64,000 nt of DNA from Octopus vulgaris (taxonomy: Eukaryota): the NCBI GenBank assembly GCA_951406725.2, contig OX597830.1:8742001-8806000 (forward strand). Reading direction: 5' to 3'. The notes beneath the pieces were generated by a model. It was given only the letters and a program-made list of their open reading frames with translations. It was not told the DNA's origin and did no database searches. The stretch's first letter is position 1. Each line of letters begins with the position of its first letter. The translations under genes were made by a program, and so were the position numbers. This document shows, in pieces, positions 57,812 through 64,000 of this stretch.

Positions 57812-59312
57812 ATATTACAGATTTCCTACAACGACTGACTGTCTGACTTATAAAGTCATACCACTTTGTCACGAATATTTTTTTTCTTTCTGGTGTCTGT
57901 AGGAACTCTGTGTTCTTCCTTTTTCTTCAACTTGTACGCGTGAGTTGAACCTTCTGTAACAGTGTTGGTACCTGAAATGTGTCCTACAGTCATTCCATAG
58001 TTTCTTCTAATCTGTCTGGTTCATTTTTTTATGAATCTTTTCTTCAATTGGCAGATGCAATCTCGTCTGGGATGCCAAATCTTGCGAATAATTCGTGCAA
58101 AAACTTTATTACCGTTTCAGTGGCTTAACAATTTCCGGCCATTCTGTAATGCCGTCCACTACTACTAAATAGTAAAAAGCCATTTAACGGACTCGTAAAA
58201 CCGATATGAAGTCTTGACCATAACTTTTTACTTCTGGCCGAGGCTCCCATTTTTGAGTTGGTAATTTCGCTGCCAGAGCACATCCTCTGCAGTCTTTTAC
58301 AACATTTTCAACTTCCTTGTCCATCCAATACACATAACTACGCCGAAGCGCTTTCATCCTTGCGATCCCCGGATATCCATTATAGAATTTTTTCAACATT
58401 CTTAGGTATCACTACCCTTTAGCCATACATCAGTACGCCGTCGCATGCTGAATATATATGTACCTGTTGCTGTTTTTTCTTTCCGAAACTATTTTTGTTT
58501 CTTTCGCTGATTAATGAACTTGTCTTTTGACGTGTGTCGCTTTACATCCTCCAGAGTTATTGGTAACTCTCGTACAATGTTCCACATTATGTGTTAAATT
58601 TCTCCTTCGGCTTTTAGGGCTACTATTACTGTATCCTTGAATGGTTCGCCATTTCTGGGTATTAACCTAGATAGGCCGTCAGCATGTCCTAACCTTTTCG
58701 AAGGTAAATATTCCATTGCATAGTCGTAGTTTAGTAGTATGGTATCCCATAGCTGCAACCTGTTTGCTCTATGTACTGGGATTCCTTTCTTGGATCCATA
58801 AATCGTTAGCAACGGGCAATGGTCTGTTTGTAGTCCAAACCATCTACCATCTACAAACATGTGGAACAGATATAATCGCCAATACCTCTTTTCAAATCTG
58901 GCTATATATATTTTTCCCCACTGGCAATAGCATCCTTGACACGTGAGCTATGGCCTTTTGGCTGTCATCTTCACATTTGTGTTGAAGTACAGTACCTACC
59001 CCTACTCAGCAGCATTTGTTGCCGGTTTCGTTTCCAACTCCGGACCGAAGTATGTAAGCGACAAGTCTGTTCCTCAAAAGCCTTCTGATATTTTTCAGAA
59101 CAAAACCATTTGGCATTCTTTTTTTAACAGCTCGTTTAGTAGAACCCTTGTGCTGTGCATGTTCGGGATATATACTTGATAGCAGTTTACCAAGCCTAAA
59201 AATTCTTGTAACAATTTGACGTTCATTAAATTGTTACAAGCAACTCTACTACTACTAAACTCCGACATCGACTGACTGACTTTATAATGGCTATTTCATA
59301 CCACTTTGTCAC
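57812..59312 (-). mobile_element. Decayed, internally deleted Ty3/Gypsy LTR retrotransposon
   Basis: RNase H-like LQTDHCPLLTIYGSKKGIP...HADGLSRL (58594-58860), integrase zinc-finger PGIARMKAL..SYVYW..CRGC (58184-58399) and core LFARFGIPD. Short direct terminal repeats end in TCATACCACTTTGTCACG (~57812-57872, ~59231-59312), with a purine tract next to the 3' repeat. Confidence 0.8.
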
Positions 59313-59918
59313 GTGGGAAGGGGAGTTCCCTTTTCACTACAACAGATTGATAGATATCATAATTAAGCTAAGCCTGTTTTGCCTTGAAATACCAAAGATT
59401 ATGAATAAATACTAGTTTGGCGTCTTGGTTTAAGATATTACTATTCCGTCGAGAATTTATATGTGAAATTATATGAGATGTACGCTGGAGAAAACAGCGT
59501 TTTCTTCGTAACTTCTATAATTATATTCACATTTACATTCACGCAACGAAGCTTCCAGTTATAATGTATTAATGAATACTCTACACTTCCTCATTGTGTT
59601 CTGTAATTTATCACCTATGGTGAATCAACAGAGATTTACGTATATACATAGATACATATATACATACACACACATACACACATACACACACACACGTATG
59701 TACACGTACGTCGAGCCGAATTTTCTTAGTGCTCGCAGTATTGCTAAGAGATCGTTGGGTTTACAGTCAGTTCATTCCTCCTTTGGCAGGTATTGTTTTC
59801 CTCTTGCTTCGTAATCCTAACAATCCTCCTCACCAGGTGACTCTGGTGGAGGTGACGGGTTAGTGCATGTATGTATGTATGCAAGTATGTATATTATATA
59901 TATGTATGTGTGTGTGTA

Positions 59919-60031
<113 letters not shown>

Positions 60032-60038
60032 ATGTATG

Positions 60039-60070
<32 letters not shown>

Positions 60071-60118
60071 TATATGTGTATTATATATATATATATATAT
60101 CTGTATGTGTATATATAC

Positions 60119-60161
<43 letters not shown>

Positions 60162-60200
60162 GTTATATATATATGATCACAATCAATATATATAAACATG

Positions 60201-60257
<57 letters not shown>

Positions 60258-61312
60258 ATACATGTTTATATATATTGATTGTGATCATTATATTATGATT
60301 CATGAAAGAAGAATGGATTTCAGTTAATAGAATAAATATTACCATCACTACCAACATCCCCACCACCACCACCACCAATTTCATCATCATCATCACCGTC
60401 TTTATTACCGCCACATCCACTACTATCACCATCGTCACCGATTCCATTATGGCCAATACCAACATATCTTCCCACCACTTCCAAAAACCATCACCGTTGC
60501 AACCTGCTACTCCCACCCAATCAATAAAATAGACAAAAAATAAAGACAGAAAAAAAAACAAGAAGGGAAGAGAAAGAAGGAAAAATTAAAAGGGAAAAAT
60601 ACAAGAACAAAGGAAAAAGGCAAAGCGAAAAAGAATTTAAGAAAGAGAGACTAAAATACGCGAAAGAATCGGGAGCGGCAAGAAATCTTGGGTCAAATAT
60701 CTTTATGTTAAAACAAAAGAGTAAGAAGTAATGATAAAATGATGTTTAATAAAAGATCAACGTTATTGGTAGAGAGATAGACGGAGATAGGCGGAGATAG
60801 ACGGAGATAGTCGGAAATAATTATATTTGGACGCCATTTTGATTTGCATCAATTCAATATTGTAATGGCGATTAAGGAGGTTTCGAGCAACAATAATCTC
60901 TTTTACAGGTCATTGCTTATGGCATTGGAGACAAATCGAATGTAAGGAATGTTCAAAATAGCTATCAGTCTTGAAGGTGGGGGATTGTGGTGGCGGTGGT
61001 GGTGGTGGTGGTTGTGGTAGAAATGGTTTAGCGTTGTGGCTTAGTCGATGGGAAAGATTTTCTGACGATGTGTTCGTACATGTACCTGTATGTGAGTGCG
61101 TGCGTGTGTATGTATGAGTGAATATTGGATTCACTCCCAAAGATATAAGTTTATGTATGTACGTATATACGCATATACGTGTATATATATATATATATAC
61201 ACACACACATTTTCTTTCATATATGTTCATACGTTTCTGTCTCTTTTTCTCTCTCCTTGTCTGTCTTTCAGTTTATCTCTCTCTCTCTCCCTCAATCTAT
61301 CTCTGTATGTAA

Positions 61313-61372
<60 letters not shown>

Positions 61373-61522
61373 GCGTGTGTGCATGTATACGTATGGTTTT
61401 ATATTATATATTTGTATATATATTAACACAAACACATATTTTACACACGCATACACATATACACATATTTGTGAGTATGATCAAATATTTGTGCATGTAT
61501 ATGTACACATACAGATATATAC

Positions 61523-61582
<60 letters not shown>

Positions 61583-61637
61583 GTATATAATGTATCTATA
61601 CATATACATAGTTATATATATATATATATACATACAC

Positions 61638-61699
<62 letters not shown>

Positions 61700-61849
61700 T
61701 ACAAATATAGGATGAAGTTTTTTTACAGAAAAAAATTCCATCAAAAAATGTGGCAGCATATTAAAATACCTTTAAGGTTAAAATTATAAGCAACTTATAA
61801 ATAAGGGCTAAAGAAAATTATTTCTATGCCAACATGCTGATTACAGACT

Positions 61850-62460
61850 TTTAAATCGTCAATTTCCACATATTATTTACTCGCTACAGAAAAACATGCA
61901 GAGCTGAAATCGAGGGAAGCTGGCCGATAGAATTTTTTTTAAAGTTCGTTATTTCTATATTGAATCAATTTCGGAGTTAATATCATAATATATTTTTTCC
62001 TCTTCAGTAGAAGAATACGAAAAGACATAAATAAGATACTTACATGCGCCCATGGAAAAAAGCCGAAGTAAAAATTATGAGTACATATAAGTACCCCAGA
62101 TATATCTAAATATAAAATCTTTTGGTCAGCCTCAGCACACGTATAAGCTGTAGTGGAGAACAATTCACACGTGTGCTGAGGCTGATCAAAGGATTTTATA
62201 TTTAGATATATCTGGGGTACTTATATGTACTCATAATTTTTGCTTCGGCTTTTTTCAATGGGCGCTTGTAAGTATCTTATTTATGTCTTTTCGTATTCTT
62301 CTACTGAAGAGGAAAAAATCTATTATGTGATTAATCCCGAAATTGATTCAATATAGAAATAACAAACTTTTTTAAAAATTCTATCGGCTGGCATTCCTCG
62401 TTTTCAGCTCTACGTGTTTTCTGTAGCGAGTAAATAATATGTGGACATTGACGATTTAAA
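61850..62460. mobile_element. Long fold-back element (~292-bp arms, 26-nt spacer), each arm with a canonical hammerhead motif
   Basis: Arms 61850-62142 / 62169-62460. Plus 62299-62358: TTCTA-CTGAAGA-GGA...TCC(C)-GAAA-TTGA-T-TCAA-T-A-TAGAA. The mirror copy is on minus at 61953-62012. Confidence 0.75.
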
Positions 62461-62469
62461 TATATATAT

Positions 62470-62860
62470 ATTCTTTTACTTGATTCATTCGACAGCGGCC
62501 ATGTTAGAGTATCGCCTTAAAGAGTTTTAGTCGAACAAATCAACCCCAGGACTTAGTCTTTGTAAGCCTAGTTCTTACTCTATTGGTCTCTTTTGCAGAA
62601 CCACTTAGTTACGAGAGCGGAAACATAGCAACATCGGTTGTCAAGCGATGGTGGTGGGACGCCAAACACAGACACAAAGATACACACACACACATACATA
62701 CACGACGGGCTTCTTTCAGTTTCCTTCTACCAAATCCACTCGCAAGGCTTTGGTCGGCCCGAGGCTATAATAGAAGACACTTGCCCAAGGTGCCACACAG
62801 TGGGACTGAACCTGGTACCATGTGGTTGGTAAGCAAGCTTGTCACCACAGAGCAACGCCT
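62470..62860 (-). mobile_element. SINE family A
   Basis: Full-length consensus match. Confidence 0.8.
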
Positions 62861-63303
62861 ATATATATATATTCTTTTATTCTTTTATTTGTTTCAGTCA
62901 TTTGACTGCGGTCATGCCGGAGCACCGTCGTATGTATATATATATATATATATGTGTATGTGTGTGTGTAGAGAGAGAGAGGGGGGAGCATATATGCATA
63001 CATATGTGTGTGAGTGAATGAGTGAGTGAATGTATGTTTGGCTAAGTCGTTATAGCGTTGGATAAAATTCCATGTATTCAAGTTCAAACCCCGCCTAAGT
63101 CAATGAAGTACCAGTCTATAGTTGTGGAATGGTTGGATTGCATGCGCATCGAACGAATTGCTCTGTCGTATATGTTATAACTTTCAGCATTTCATAAATT
63201 CAGATCCCTGTTACCCAGGGGCCGATTTAACCGACTCTCTTCCTTTAGAATCGCTGGCCTTGAGCCAAAATTTGAAACCGTTACTTCATTAGCAATCATT
63301 GTA

Positions 63304-63351
<48 letters not shown>

Positions 63352-63373
63352 GTGACTATAACTATTATTACTA

Positions 63374-63690
63374 TTATTACCTCTGCCTTAGCGAAGGTGG
63401 AGGTATTGTTTTCAGTTGTGTTTGTTTGTTTGTTTGTCCATGGATAAGATATCTCAAGAACCGCCGGATGGATTCTGATGAAACTTTCAGCGATGTTTGG
63501 CCTCGTGACTGGCACGAACTGATTAGAATTGGGGATCAATCCGGTACCGGACGAGGATTCTGGATTATTTCCCAGTTTCTCATTTGTGAGAGCAGTCTAG
63601 TTTATTTCATTTTAAAAATCATCTTTGGCTAATCGTGGAGAGGACGTTGGTGTTGCCTTGGCGGGGGTTTGCGCTCTCTGAGTGCTCTGT
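63374..63690 (+). mobile_element. Non-autonomous DNA element with subterminal inverted repeats and (GTTT)n (Helentron/DINE-like or Crypton-like)
   Basis: 5' ACCTCTGCC..GGTGGAGGT hairpin, internal GTTT microsatellite, 3' GGCGGGGGTTTGCGCTCTCTGAGTGC. Confidence 0.5.
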
Positions 63691-64000
63691 TATTACTATT
63701 TCTAAGTCACCGAGTTGAGAAAATCACTAGCATGTCAGACCAAATGCTTATCAGCCTCTCTTCCGGCCCTTTATGTTCTGATCTCAAATCCAGTAGAGGT
63801 CAACTTTGCCTTTCATCTTTTCAGGATTGATAAAATAAAGGACTTGTAACGTCAATATTATCGACATCACCCTCTCCTCTAAAAATTGCTGTCAAAATCA
63901 GAAAGAATTATTATTATTATTATTTAGTAAGAGAGCAGTTCATGCCATCAAAGTGACACTGGGGTAAAATATACGAAGCCCAATATACTCATCATGACTA

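Overview
AT-rich, microsatellite-saturated animal genomic DNA. The SINE families and repeat landscape suggest an Octopus (coleoid cephalopod) genome; this is inference. The only host gene is the first coding exon of an engrailed-family homeobox gene (minus strand, 12943..10945). It carries the EH1 and EH2 motifs and ends at the conserved phase-1 splice donor; the homeobox exon lies outside the window. The rest is intron 1 (1..10944) and about 51 kb of upstream gene desert. That DNA holds tRNA-derived SINEs, LINE remnants (Dong/R4, L1/Tx1), a decayed Gypsy element, MITEs and candidate regulatory islands (CRE cluster, CTCF, YY1/Pho-type motifs). The most striking signal is about 15 minimal hammerhead-ribozyme-like motifs from several unrelated short repeat families. 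They sit in (TA)n tracts, often in fold-back inverted repeats, and have palindromic stem III as in Penelope-like elements. Several families repeatedly carry non-canonical cores (CCGANGA, CUGUNGA, UUGAAAA). All folds were paired by eye, and none has been tested computationally or biochemically.
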